In this document: positions 28,559-43,985 of the stretch, piece by piece
Layout: every line of letters begins with the position of its first letter
Position numbering within the stretch: position 1 is the first letter of the stretch
NCBI GenBank assembly: GCA_964016885.1
Contig: OZ024745.1
Location: 115,754,001 to 115,818,000, forward strand
Length of the DNA: 64,000 nucleotides
Source of the DNA: Eledone cirrhosa
Taxonomy: Eukaryota
Direction: 5' to 3'
Made by a program: the position numbers and the translations under genes
Notes under the pieces: model-generated
Told to the model about the DNA's origin: nothing
Seen by the model: the letters and a program-made list of their open reading frames with translations, nothing else
Databases searched by the model: none

Positions 28559-29032
28559 GATATATATATATATATCTCGTCTACGATTTCACAGAACTTA
28601 TGTTTACCGAATTCACAGACCAGACCCCTTCTTCCTCCCGTTAGACCTGTGCGAAATTCCTTCCTTGCTCACATTTCAACCAGGTTTGATGGTCTTTATT
28701 CTCTCGTTCACGATTTCACCGAACTTAAATTCATAGAAATCTGGGACTTGTCTCCTTCTTCCTCACTTTCTGTTGCTTCACCATTTTGTTTGTTTACCCT
28801 CGCGTCCCCTTTATTTACGTGTCCCAACGACTTTTTTTAGCCGTTGCTCGCACCAACCGGAGGTATATGGTCTTTGAAGCGATGAAATGCCTATGATAGT
28901 TGGAAGATCACTGATGAAGGACAAACCTTCTTCATATGTAACCCATTTGCAACTCCGCAGCGCCCTTATTATCATATATATATATATATAACGGGGATGA
29001 ATTAGTTTTGCGAGGTTTTTGATATGAAACAA

Positions 29033-30127
29033 ATATTGTTATACTTGGGGAGGGTCATATTTTTGTAATAATATTGCCAGAATTAATAACAGAACACACT
29101 CACTGTTTGGTTGGTTTTCGCTTCTGTGTCTTTTATATCGGTTAATTTAATTTATTCGCTCCTCAATGTTGCCATTGACTGACCAACGGTCAAAAATACA
29201 GATACAATATAGACACAAACACATATATATATAGTCTATCAAAGTTCTTTCGTTGCACATTTTTTATGTTTAGCCTTGGCCTTCTAAGTTCTATTTCGCT
29301 GGCCTCTCTGATTTGCCTATCTGCTGGGTCATTTCTATGTTTAGATATTATTCTAACTTCTATGTTGTCTATGTTACTGTTGTGTTGTTGTCTGGCATGT
29401 TCGTATAATACTGAACCGTTTTTTCGTTCTTTTAGTTCCCCCCAGTGTTGGACTATCCTTTCACCTATGCTACGAGCTGTCTCGCCTATGTTATGTTGTT
29501 GTCATGTTTCTACAAGTACCCTCTGTACATCTTATGCTATAGACTTCGTTTCTAGTTTTACAGTTTATCCGGGGGTTTACTCTACATATGATACATTTCT
29601 TATTAGTAGAGTCGGTTTTCTTAAAAGGGTAGGTTTTACTGATCAGCGATTTTATGGTGGTTCCTGGCTTTTCTACCACCTTAATCTTTAAGTGGGTTTT
29701 TCTCATGGCCTTTCTACACTGGTTAGCGTCCACAAACATGACAATCTGGTATCTCTGGTTGTCGTACCATGAGGTGGCTTTCCCTATCTTATGTCTAGTC
29801 CTATCTAAGCTCTTCCATCATTTGCTCATGTATAATGGGAACATTCCTTTCATGTCAAGTTCTATGAGGGTCTTTTACTTCTCCGTGGCTCCTTTGTATA
29901 CTCTGATTCTGTCTCTTTGGTTGTAGCCAGAGAACTGCATGCGGTTGATGGAGTGTTGGATGTGTCTTTCCATTTCTATTGGGTCGCACATGCGGGACAC
30001 GTTCTTCATCAGTCGTACCAAGTCTGCGATCAGAATATTAAACTTAGCACTACTGGACATTGCTGAGTTTTTGAGTATCAGGTATTTGGAGGCCATGGGT
30101 TTAGCGTGGTGTCAGTGGAGAATTTGA
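29033..30127 (-). mobile_element. Decayed Neptune-like PLE (thumb, GIY-YIG, 3' terminus)
   Basis: KPMASKYLI..., CIIC..NCKTRNEVYSIRC, IGETARS; terminus ATGACCCTCCCCAAGTATAACAATAT shared with pLTRs at 21145 and 37833. Confidence 0.85.
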
Positions 30128-31949
30128 GAAGACACGCAGGTGAAAGCCTAGTTACTGGAAGCTGAACATGTTGTTTCCGGCACTTAAGGCCTACAGCGAC
30201 CGGGTCAACAATATAGTTAAGTAAAAGTTGAAAGAGGCGGTCGTGAACAACTAGCGGTGGGGGACCCTCGAAAGAGTGATTAGAGTAATGTCGATAGGGT
30301 TTAGCAAAGAAGCAGCGTTAGAGAAAAATAGAAAAGAAGGGGAGCCAAATTAGACGAGGCTATTTGTAGTGGCATTGCTACTGTCGTGGTAGAGGCGGGA
30401 ATGGCATTAGACCATTTCTTCAATGCGAAATCCGAAGGTTCCATTGTCGGAGCTAAGGCACGTGCGCTAAGAAAGAGGGAACCAAACCTGTTCGATGCAG
30501 CATGGTAATAAAACCACAATTCGAGCTTTGACGGACCGAGACAACGCGAGCTGAATGATTCCTGGCAGATGTGTGAGACTTTTCACCAGCATTTTTGTTC
30601 CGCTCTTCGTGGGGAGCGCGTGGCCGGTGAGTGTAGCGGATTTCAGAAATAACAAAGCCAACGACAAATTACAATAAAGAAATATAGTAATTCTACGCTT
30701 TATATTGTAGAGAAAGTGTCTTGATGTTTTTGACACTAGTCGTTCATCAGAAGTTAGAATGAGAAATAAAAGATAATATAGAAAGTTAGAGGCTGAGAAG
30801 AGGAAGGAATGGAATGCATTTTATTGATAAATAATCACGTCTGTATTCAGTCATTTATTATAATTACAACATTTTAAATGTCATATTGTTCTGGAATACT
30901 TGGTGGTCGATACTAAAAACATAAAAAAATTATCGTTCCACGGGGTTAGCCAGTTATTTTGATTAATGGGAATCAGAGACTTAATGTGTATATTCCTCCA
31001 TGATTACATTCGTCTTTTAAACACTAGCTCGCTAAACATATCCCATTTTTATCGGAATACAATCATCCTTGATATTATTTTAATCAAAATATATAACTAT
31101 ATACGTATATGAAAGAAGATGTTGAGACCCTATTGAGGCCGATTATCTTAATTTTAAAAATACTTGGGTAAATCATACTTACCCTTTATTCCATCATTTT
31201 TTGTCGAAAAACATCTTTCTAGTCGAATACGAATGGAACGTGAACACATACAGAATGTAATAGTTTTATGCGAGGAGCTCAGAAAACATGATATCCATTC
31301 GCAGGTTTAATCTGAAATGTTTGTCATACTGATGACAAGTTTACAATTTTGTATAGTTTGGCAAATAAAAGCAATATTCGTTCTGGCGTCATATTCCCAA
31401 TCTAAATCCATTAGATTTTATATATTTGAATGAGGAAGAGAAAATGATGTGGACATTTATCGTTTTTATAAGAGATGTGAAACGTAGAAAGTAGACAATG
31501 AATTAGCCTGGGGTTTTATGATATTCAATAAATATAAAATGGCATAAAAGAAAATTCAGAGATATACATTACCAGTCATGCTGCTATGAGGTTTTCGTTT
31601 ACTTATTTTGAAACCACTCATTCATTCTAAAATATTTTCACTCAAGGGAGAGGTAAATCACCAAAGCTCTCTTCAAGTATAAACTGTTTCTATCACATAC
31701 AACAACGGACAATGTTTCTTCCTTTTATCGTACTTATGCACGGAAAGATAGATAAAGTGTTTGGAATGTTTTCTTAGCCTTTATACTCTTACCGGTACTA
31801 TTCGAGATCCCAATTCAACGTTATTCTAGTGTTGCGTATACTGGATATGTGGAAATAATTATTGATTATTAAAAAGGAAAAAGGCGCAGATACTTTTTGT
31901 TTACTCACAAGTTTCTCTGAAAAAAAAAAAAAAAAAAAAAAATATATAT

Positions 31950-32134
31950 GAAAAGATTCAGGACCCCGACAAATGAGCTCCGCCCATTTCCACAGCTAGG
32001 TAACTGTCGAAACGGCCGTAGCTCAGCCGTCGGGGTCCTGAATCTTTTTATATTATCCACTCTACTACCCCAAGTATCGAGTACTCTGGTGCGTTATGGT
32101 CCACTTGGTATCTTACCACACCGTCTTTGTTATA
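31950..32134 (+). mobile_element. Family C fold-back element with 3' half of a HHR
   Basis: Arms AAAAGATTCAGGACCCCGAC / GTCGGGGTCCTGAATCTTTT; GAAAC-GGCC-GTA-GCTC. Confidence 0.7.
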
Positions 32135-32530
32135 ATGTATATATTTGAGCAATATTCGTCCGTCTGTCACACAATAAGGAAGGAAGGGGTGATGACGTCA
32201 CACACTAGAGATGATTGAGGAAGGAAGGGGTGATGGCATTACACACTAGAGAATACTGAAGAAGGAAGGGGTGATGACGTTACAGACAAGCACATACGCG
32301 TCAGCGTTTTTTAAAAAATTCTGGTATATATATAAATCAAGATGGACTCGGTTTGAAACTGGTTAGACCATTACTCAACAGTGTACTCAATACTTGGAGC
32401 AGTAGAGCATGTCCACCTCACTTCCTCAACTTCCGTTCTACCTTTGTTTCTTTCTTTTCACCACTGACAGTCTAACTCACCAGCGACCTTTTCTCTCTCT
32501 CTCTCACTCTTGTTGTTAATACAGTTTCAG

Positions 32531-34235
32531 TATGTGGACATGTACATATACACACACATACACACAATAGATGTGGACATGTACATATACACACACATAC
32601 ACACATAATAGATGTGGACATGTACATATACACACATACACACAATAGATGTGGACATGTACATATATACACACACATACACACAATAGATGTGGACATG
32701 TACATATATACACACATACACACATAATAGATGTGGACATGTACATATACACACATACACACAATAGATGTGGACATGTACATATACACACACATACACA
32801 CATAATAGATGTGGACATGTACATATACACACATACACACAATAGATGTGGACATGTACATATATACACACACATACACACAATAGATGTGGACACGTAC
32901 ATATACACACACATACACACAATAGATGTGGACATGTACATATACACACACATACACACAATAGATGTGGACATTTACATATATACACACATACACACAT
33001 AATAGATGTGGACATGTACATATACACACATACACACAATAGATGTGGACATGTACATATATACACACATACACACATAATAGATGTGGACATGTACATA
33101 TACACACATACACACAATAGATGTGGACATGTACATACATACACACACATACACACATAATAGATGTGGACATGTACATATATACACACACATACACACA
33201 ATAGATGTGAACATGTACATATATACACACACAAACACACATAATAGATGTGGACATGTACATATATACACACATACATACACAATAGATGTGGACATGT
33301 ACATATACACACACATACACAGATAATAGATGTGGACATGTACATATACACACACATACATACACACTAGATGTGGACATGTACATATACACACACATAC
33401 ACAGATAATAGATGTGGACATGTACATATACACACACATACACACAATAGATGTAAACATGTACATATACACACACATACACACACTAGATGTGGACATG
33501 TACATATATACACACATACATACACACTAGATGTGGACATGTACATATACACGCACATACACACAATAGATGTGGACATGTACATATACACACACATACA
33601 CACAATAGATGTAAACATGTACATATACACACACATACATACACACTAGATGTGGACATGTACATATATACACACATACATACACAATAGATATGGACAT
33701 GTACATATACACACACATACACACACTAGATGTGGACATGTACATATATACACACATACATACACACTAGATGTGGACATGTACATATATACACACATAC
33801 ACACAATAGATGTGGACATGTACATATACACACACATACACACACAATAGATGTGGACATGTACATATACACACACATACACACACTAGATGTGGACATG
33901 TACATATATACACACATACATACACACTAGATGTGAACATGTACATATATACACACATACACACATAATAGATGTGGACATGTACATATACACACACATA
34001 CATACACACTAGATGTGGACATGTACATATATACACACATACATACACAATAGATGTGGACATGTACATATATACACACATACATACACACTAGATGTGG
34101 ACATGTACATATATACACACATACACACAATAGATGTGGACATGTACATATATACACACACATACACACACTAGATGCGGACATGTACATATATACACAC
34201 ATACATACACACTAGATGTGAACATGTACATATAT
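32531..34235. repeat. Minisatellite, ~40-bp unit, about 42 copies
   Basis: Unit AATAGATGTGGACATGTACATATACACACACATACACAC with CA/TA length variants. Confidence 0.95.
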
Positions 34236-34345
34236 ACGTAAATTGACCAGAAAATCGTGGGGTAAATAAAATAAAATAAAATAAATACGTACATAAATAC
34301 CCGAGTATATACAAATAGCAAATATTGAAATATTTATACACGCAT

Positions 34346-34448
<103 letters not shown>

Positions 34449-34489
34449 GTATATATGTATATATATATATATGTATATATATATATTTT

Positions 34490-34524
<35 letters not shown>

Positions 34525-34849
34525 ACATAGACAATACACATACACTTGCATACGTACAATTATATGCATACATATATACATACGTATACGTATGTGAAGA
34601 TATATACGTACACATATACGTAGATGCACAAAAACATGTTTTTATTTTATCTGTTTATTTATCTGTTTTTGGTTTTCTTCTCTGCGCACGCGTGCCTGTG
34701 TGTAGTGTTTGGTGTCTGTGTTCGCGTTTGGGTGAATGTGTTTTGGTTATTGTATTCTATCTTAGTTTACTAGTGTGTGTTTATATGTGTTTGTTGTTAT
34801 TGTGCTTGTGCATATATATATTTATTTATTTATTCATTTATTTATTTAT

Positions 34850-36700
34850 TTATATTTCTCTAAAGTCAGTATTGTTTGTTTGGGTGTTGTTATTCCATTC
34901 ATTTTTTCTGTTTAGCTTTGGCTTTCTAAGCTCTATTTCGCTTGCCTCTCTGATTTGCCTATCTGCTGGGTCATTTCTATGTTTAGATATTATTTTAATT
35001 TCTATGTTGTCTATATTACCGTCATGTTGTTGTCTGGCATGTTCGTATAGTACTGAACCGTTTTTTCGTCGTTTTAGTTCCCCCCAGTGATGGTGTATCC
35101 TTTCTCCTATGCTACGAGCTGTCTCGCCTATGTATGTTGTTGTCATGTTTCTGCAAGTACCCTCTGTACATCTTATGCTATAGACTACAATTCTAGTTTT
35201 ACAGTTTATCTGGGGTTTCACTTTACATATAACACATTTCCAATTAGTAGAGTGTGTTTTCTTAAAAGGGAATGTTTTGCTGATCAGGGATTTTATGGTA
35301 GTTCCTGGCTTTTCTACCACTTTAATCTATGAGTGTCTTATACTTCTCCGTGGCTCCTTTGTATAATTTGATTGTACCTCTTTGGTTGTAGCCAGAGAAC
35401 TGCATGCGGTTGATGAAGTGTTGGGTGTGTCTTTCCATTGTTGGGTCGCACATGCGGGACACATTTTTCATCACTCATACCAAGTCTGCGATCAGAATAT
35501 TAAACTTAGCACTACTGGAAATTGCTGAGTTTTTGAGTATCAGGTATTTGGAGGCCATGGGTTTAGCGTAGTGTCAGTGGAGAATTTGGGCCCTCTCGTC
35601 TATAGTGTTAATCCAGAGTTCCGTGTCTAATACAGGTAGTCTATTGTTAGGGTGTTTGGAAGGGTAGTCGATAGTTACAGTTATACTCTGGTGTATGGAG
35701 TTAGCTATCTGCTGGATGCTTTCCATTGTGCTACATTCTAAATCATATTTGTTAGTACTCTCTTGTGGAGGTGTCGTTATTACTATATTAATATCGTCTA
35801 CGTAACGAGAGTACATGATGAGGTCTGTGGAGCTCTCATAAAGGAGATCTTTGAGTCTCCTTCCCCACCATACCATAAAAAGATTGGCGACGCCACCAGC
35901 TATGATGACGCAAATGGCTGCTCCCTCATTTTGGGTGTAGATCGTTTCGTTGAATTTGAATATGGCCCTTTAGGGTAGTTTTAATACTAGCCCCTATTGC
36001 ATGCGCGACCACTTTTCTTACCTGATCATTGTTTTGGGGGCTCCATATGTCTTTGCTCCACCTGGGAGTCTTTTTTGCCATTGAGGTTGTGGAGGTGGTG
36101 GTGGTGGTAGTGGGGGGGGGGGTCTTCCTTTTATGGGTCTATTGGGGCAGAAACGGCTAAGGTCATGGCTGACTAGGTACTCGGTGTCATAGGTAAGTCT
36201 AAGTGAGAGGCCCAGTGTATCTGTCTGGACGTCGCAGAACTCTACCCCACTCTCGCTGATCATCTCCACACATTTTCCCACAGCAAAATCAATGTTAATG
36301 GATGGGTATAGTGATACCACGTCCATAATGCCTATTATTCAGTTAGATAGCTTTTTGTTTGTGTTGCACTCATTGATCCTGCTGAGGAGGTCTTCTGCAC
36401 TGTCACATACATCTGGGGACATCTTGATTATGGGGCGTATAACCATTGAGAGGAAGTAGGAGATCCTGTAGTTGCTAGCTATATTGGCTCCGCATACAGG
36501 TCTTGTCGGTGGTCCTGTTGTCGGGTCGTCGACTGTCTTATGGTCTTTGCGGAGCCCAAACAAGGGTGGTATGTCATTGTTAGACGCCTGGAAGTTTTTG
36601 GCAGTGCATCTGCTTGGCTTTAGGATGTCGGTCCATATCATCATGTGAGCATTGAGGATCTTCTCTCTCCCCTCATGTGTTTGTTTTGTAATTTCGCTCG
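34850..36700 (-). pseudogene. Neptune-like PLE RT + GIY-YIG pseudogene
   Basis: PPLFGLRKDHK..PPTRPVC, MDVVSLYPSI, YSRYVDDINI, LPVLDTELW, CVIC..NC..VVYSIRC..YIGETARS..ER, RQIREA..LNRKNEW; stops and frameshifts. Confidence 0.9.
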
Positions 36701-36943
36701 TGTGGATAGATATATAAACATGCACCAACAAGTACACATATGCATATATAAACGCATATATACACAATTATATATATACACATATATATATGCATACCCA
36801 CATAAATATATATATAAATAAACATATACATACCCAGAAAAAAGTTATTCACATAGACTCAAATTAAGTATACACACCAAAAAACCATATGTGCTAAATC
36901 AATATTACGTAATTACACAAAAATATCTATGTGTGGTGTGTTA

Positions 36944-37019
<76 letters not shown>

Positions 37020-37039
37020 TAACACACCACATATATATT

Positions 37040-37106
<67 letters not shown>

Positions 37107-37204
37107 ACACACGTAAATTACCACATATAAATATATATACACACAGACACATATTTATTTACACACATACACACATACATACATGCGTACATATACATAC
37201 ATAC

Positions 37205-38658
<1,454 letters not shown>

Positions 38659-40367
38659 ATATATATATATATATATATTTGCAACATCACCATAGAAAAA
38701 GATGCTGTAAACTAATAAACCAGCCTCTGAAGATATTGTCATTGTGACATTTTGTCTATAGATCGGCTTTCAATACTGTCTACAGTGGTCTAGCCTGTTG
38801 TGTCTAGCACATTGTATATATACAATAGTACTACTATTTTCTATTTAATCATTCTCAGTAACACAATATATGTTAATTGAAGAGCATTTCAGCTTGACCA
38901 AATACCAAACGAGTAGTGATATCATAACATTCAGTTGAGTTGAATAACTCCTCATCCACCCCTGCTCGGTCTATACTCTTGTTTCACATTCAATTCACTA
39001 AACGTTGGGGGGGGGGGGGTATATGAACGAATAAATGTATGTTTTAAAGATAAGGATTTGTAGTTTACTTGTAATATTGATGTCAGTAAAAGATCTGGGA
39101 CGGAGTCAAAACCATTCGATGATGCAGAATGAAGAGATATACTTATTGAGTATTTTAACATATACAAGCACCATGAGTTAACTGACAAATTCTAAATTAT
39201 ACTTTAACAGCAAAAGTTACCAAAATATTTATGACATGCAGCGAAATGTATAGAATCTAGTAAAATATCCTCTAAGAATGATTCAGAATCAAGATCAATA
39301 ATTCTTTTTATACATACATGTCGGAATAGATGTTTGGGCATTTCCGACCTGCTTGAGCTCCTAAGGCTTTTAATTATTCTACATATCAACATACGACAGA
39401 AACGCTTGTAGTAGGCTTTTATTGTTCTCGATAGATACAGAAATTACATTCCTATGTTACCATCTTCTTATGACAGATATGCAGTATTGACCTTCAGGTT
39501 GATAGCGAAAATAAATGCATTAAATTTGACTTCGAATATCCATCGAAATGTGGACTTACATTTGTTATCGATTTTTAGTTGTAAGTAACAACGTGAATTA
39601 ACCTCTTCACTGACGTATGTTTATAAACCTTTGTTCGTTTCACTTTTGCCTCAACTTGCCTGACCGAGTTTAATGAGATTAAACACATTTAAATACATCG
39701 AACCTCAAATTAAAATCACTGTTTGAAATAGAGAGCCTACATTAGATAGGTTTGAAAGAGATGATACCGATGGATGGAACGTCTTTCATCAAAAATTGTT
39801 TTCTGTAAACGAAATAATACTTACAACAGGATCGATAACACTATCTCTTCAAAGTGTACTGAGAAAAAATGGGTACCTAAGATTTTTTAATAGACTACAA
39901 TGGAACAATACAAGGAATGTGGTGTTCGAAGATCAATCTATCAATCTCTACTTATTTTTTACTAATATGCCACTAATTTGCATATGTGTTCAATGGAAAG
40001 AGAAGGCTGAACATGTAATTCACTCCTTCGGGCTATGTCCTAAAAAAATAAGTATTGAAAACATGGGATCAATATTGAAAATCATGATACATGACTCATA
40101 ATGTACCTAAAATACAATATATTATGAATTAATTACATCAAGTCTTACACATCTATGAGAATCATTTCTTAAAAGAACTCTGGATAGCTTTCACAGTCAA
40201 TACCTTTGATAAGACAACGATAATTTGCGTATTAACAAGCTATTCTAATTAGGCGTTTACAGTTTAGAAATGAACAACCATCGGCTATGGCTCCATTTTG
40301 AAAAAATCTTTTTGTCTCATTAAAATAACAGCCCACTCCCGTCCCTAGGTATATTATGTGTTACTAT

Positions 40368-40585
40368 AGGGCTGTGGTTTGGCAGTATCGGTAGAGGGTC
40401 CGATGCCATGCTTTGCAGCAAAGAGTTACGGCCCTTTATAATCTCAGTTAAAATCCCGCTCAGGTTAACTTTGCCTTTCATCCTTACGGGGTCGATAAAA
40501 TAAAGTACCAGTAACGTACTGGAGTCGATTTAATCGACTTTTCCCCTCCTCCAAATTACTGGCATTGTGCCTATACTAGAAATCA
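40368..40585 (+). mobile_element. SINE family 1 (long-tail variant)
   Basis: A box, family core; imperfect TSD ATATTATG(T/C)GTTAC. Confidence 0.85.
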
Positions 40586-40850
40586 TATTATGCGTTACAA
40601 TGTATGGCATTGTGGCGTGGGTATTGTTTACTGTTGACACACCTTTTAATTTTCCATTCATAATTAATTAGTTATAATTTAGAATGAAATATTGATTAAT
40701 TTTGTTTTACTCTTCATTCGTTATCACAGTATTTAGTGTTATATTGTCAGTTACAATTTACTCAATCAGAGCGAATAGTAATTTCTTGTTGTTCGAGCTT
40801 TCCAACGAGCTGTCAAACGTCATTTGTACGTCATTACATGGTGGGCCATA

Positions 40851-41065
40851 GGGCGGTGGATTGGCAGAAACGGTAGAGCATCGGACAACAGGCTTGGCGG
40901 CATGAGTTACGTGCCTTTACGTTCTGAATTCCAATCCTGCCGAGGTTAACTTTGCCTTTCGTTCTTACGGGGTCGATAAAGTAAAGCACCAGTAATGCAC
41001 TGGGATCGAGTTAATCGACTTTCCCCTACCCCATAATCGTTGGCCATGTTCCTAAATCAGAAACC
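40851..41065 (+). mobile_element. SINE family 1 (long-tail variant)
   Basis: GGGCGGTGGATTGGCAG head and family core. Confidence 0.8.
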
Positions 41066-42654
41066 CTTTTATGGTGGTCCAAAATACTAAACTGTATCTC
41101 AGTAAATCACATGTATAAACTACACATAAATACACATAAATTACACGAAAAAATTGGTTTACATTAAAAAATAGATTTATAGCAGTAACACCATAATGTT
41201 CTTTGTAAATAGCTGTCCCTCCTCATGAAGGTAATATAAATGATATCATGACTGTGATGAGACACGGAGGCACAATATTGCGAGTCAAGTGCCGACCACA
41301 TGTACACTTGACAACAACATTGAGCTAACATAAACATTGCTTATAAATACTGAACAGATTTCATAATTATCAACTATTTTAAGTGTGTAAATAGTTTCAA
41401 AATGTATGCCAATATTTATGAGATATATCTCTCGTTTATTCACTTCTCCAGTGAATGTCATCATTATAGATAACGGAAGGTTATTCATCTGAAATAATGG
41501 TAATTGTATGTTAAAAGATTTTGAAGATACTTGCGAAATGAACAGCAATCAATACTTTTGAAATATTTCTCACAATCTTGTATGAAATCTGTCAAATGTC
41601 TATTGATCTTATATAGTATATATTGCATTCAAGCAGGAAATGACATGAAATGATTAATATACCAAAGCAAGCATATTCCTGATAAAGGCTTGACTACGAA
41701 TAAAGAAATGAGTTTTATATATTATGAAATACAAACAATAATGGAGAAGCGTTACACAATGTAACATACTGTAAATATACAATATTGCTATTCAATAGAT
41801 TATAGATGATATATTAATCGATGATATATTAATCGTTGTCACAGAAAATGGGGAAGCAATGTTGATTTTCTTCCATTAATCATGATCCCCATGAAAGGAT
41901 GCATCATCTAATAAACCCACTACTACTTCAATTCCCCGCTCTTAAAGCAGTTCTGGGTGAGAAAAGTTGAATGTAGCAGAAACATTTTCCCCTGAGATCA
42001 AATGAAACGAACTTAATCCAAATATTTAGTTTGAGATTCTATATTATTGAACATCTCATCACAAGAAATAGCTAGTGGTCGAGAGATTAATCATGTTTTC
42101 TATTTCATACTGTCTCATTTGAGCTTTATATTGCAAACATTCTGATCGGTAGATTGCGTGGTCGTTTTCCTGGAGAAATAACTAATTGATATTTCTCTCC
42201 GAAAATAATATTCTTAAAACGTTAGTTCAGTTTTATATTAAATTTAATATGAGACAATATTACGTAGTATATATTTTATAGCTTCTCCCGTCGAGTAAAT
42301 GCCGCAGATAATCATTCATCACTTTGTAGAGAAATTTGATGATACTTCGGAGAAATACAAGACAGATGTCCTAATCTAATTTATGTAAAATAAATATACT
42401 AATATGGAAACAACAAAATTTAGAAATAAGTTAATGCATGGGCATTAAAATAATAGTTATACATCTATTTCATTATGGTTTAATAATTCTACACTATAGT
42501 AAGATAAATTGCATCACTCTGCAATAGTAAAGTTTTTGGTGTCTGTAATTTAAAAAAAGCAAAAAAAAAAAAGCAAGCCACAATAATTATTTATTTACAA
42601 TAGTTTATAACTTTGCCTATTAATCCGTATGGTGAGCAAATGGGGTCCCACGTG

Positions 42655-43255
42655 CTGGCCTCTCCACAGCCCCGGTGGGCAGGATGGAGAAGGCGTTTCC
42701 CCGGAGGATGGTAAGGGAGATGCGCTGGAAGAGCCATTTCCAACTCGCGAGGCTCACACCTGCGGCTGGCCTACTCAGCACCTATGGAGGTGAATAGGGA
42801 GGTAGCCCTAGGGCCAAGGACACCATAAGTCTCCATTGCCAAGGGTACGACCGCAAACCTGTCGGAGAGCGACCGGTATTTGGAGAGTTTGGCCTCCTCA
42901 GCCCGACGTGCAGCAGTACCTGGGTTAGTCGCAGTACCAGGTTGCGGCTGGAGAAAGTGTCGCTGCAAGTGGCACCCCAGACGAGGGGTTTGCCACCGCG
43001 CAACGGGCAGATGGTCATACCGCCTGGCCTTTTGCCATCCCCTCGGTCCAGCCCCACTGGCTCGAGCTGGGAGGGGAATCCTGCAGCGTCCAAGCCATGC
43101 TTGATGACCTCGTTGAGAGCAACATGGCGTGGAAGGCGGCCGGCACTGTGGTGACAGGAAAGCGGGTGGAGTCCGAAAGAGTCCACGGTGGATCCACAGC
43201 GACATTTATGTGGCTCGCAGATCCGGATTCTAAGCCTCAAGGAAGCCGGCGTCAT
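42655..43255 (-). pseudogene. CRE-like non-LTR retrotransposon C-terminus (CCHC knuckle + restriction-like endonuclease)
   Basis: CRCG..VDSFGLHPLSC, RLPRH..LN, LEPVGL..DGKRPGG, LVWGATC, AEEAKLSKY, PLAMETYG; expected RPD and WD aspartates read as G. Confidence 0.8.
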
Positions 43256-43723
43256 CATCATCATCAACAAAACAACATTCCAATAGTTGATAACCTATCA
43301 GCATGTCAAATGTCATATTATACCAACCAAATGCTGCATGCTAGATTTAAACTTTTGTGTATATTCTATTCGGAAGTCAACTTTGCCATTCGTCCATTAA
43401 AGGTCGATACAAAAGTACCAGTCTAGAACAGGGGGTCGATTCATCCTCTATATATATTTCTCACTTCCATTCTCTCACTCTTTATATCCTTCTCTCGACG
43501 AAATCTGTTGTATTCAGACCTGGGAGAAGATGGGATCCACCAGATTTAAAAGGTCGCATAGAATTACGGAACTACAAAATAGTATATTCTATTACATATG
43601 CCAATGTTCTGTAATCACTATCAGTATTACTAATTCATTTAGTACAATTATTCATAGAATTAAATAAAATACGATTAATATACGATTCAATTTTGGTATA
43701 ATTCAGATTTAATTAATCCGATT

Positions 43724-43985
43724 CTATGGGCATGTGGTTAGAATGTCCCAGGAAAGAATCACTGGAAAGATTTTACGGGTAAAACCAACCGGCAAGAGAT
43801 CCAAGGGTAGACATCGAGCAAGATAGTTTTATAACATCCATGAGCTTGGCTGGTCACGCCTAGGGGTCCAGCCGCATCAGTTGGAGACTGTTGTTTCCGA
43901 CAAGACCCGCTGGAAGGATTGTTTGAGGACTCTGCCCACACGACCCTTTCAGGAATACGTGGGCGAAGAAGAAGAGAAGAGAGAT
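43724..43985 (+). mobile_element. RTE-like LINE 3' fragment
   Basis: YGHVVRMSQERITGKIL..PTGKRSKGRHRAR; (GAA)n tail. Confidence 0.75.

Noticed and set aside
32531-34235. CRISPR-like repeat-spacer look and long Cys/Val/Tyr ORFs
   Set aside because: Spacers are CA/TA slippage variants, not unique; no cas genes; ORFs are repeat translations
35574-35576. In-frame TGA (ILH*HYAKP) shared by two Neptune-like copies (also about 30114) as possible selenocysteine
   Set aside because: No sign this is a Cys position; a nearby CGA in one copy reads TGA in the other, so CpG decay of Arg codons explains it; both copies are otherwise broken
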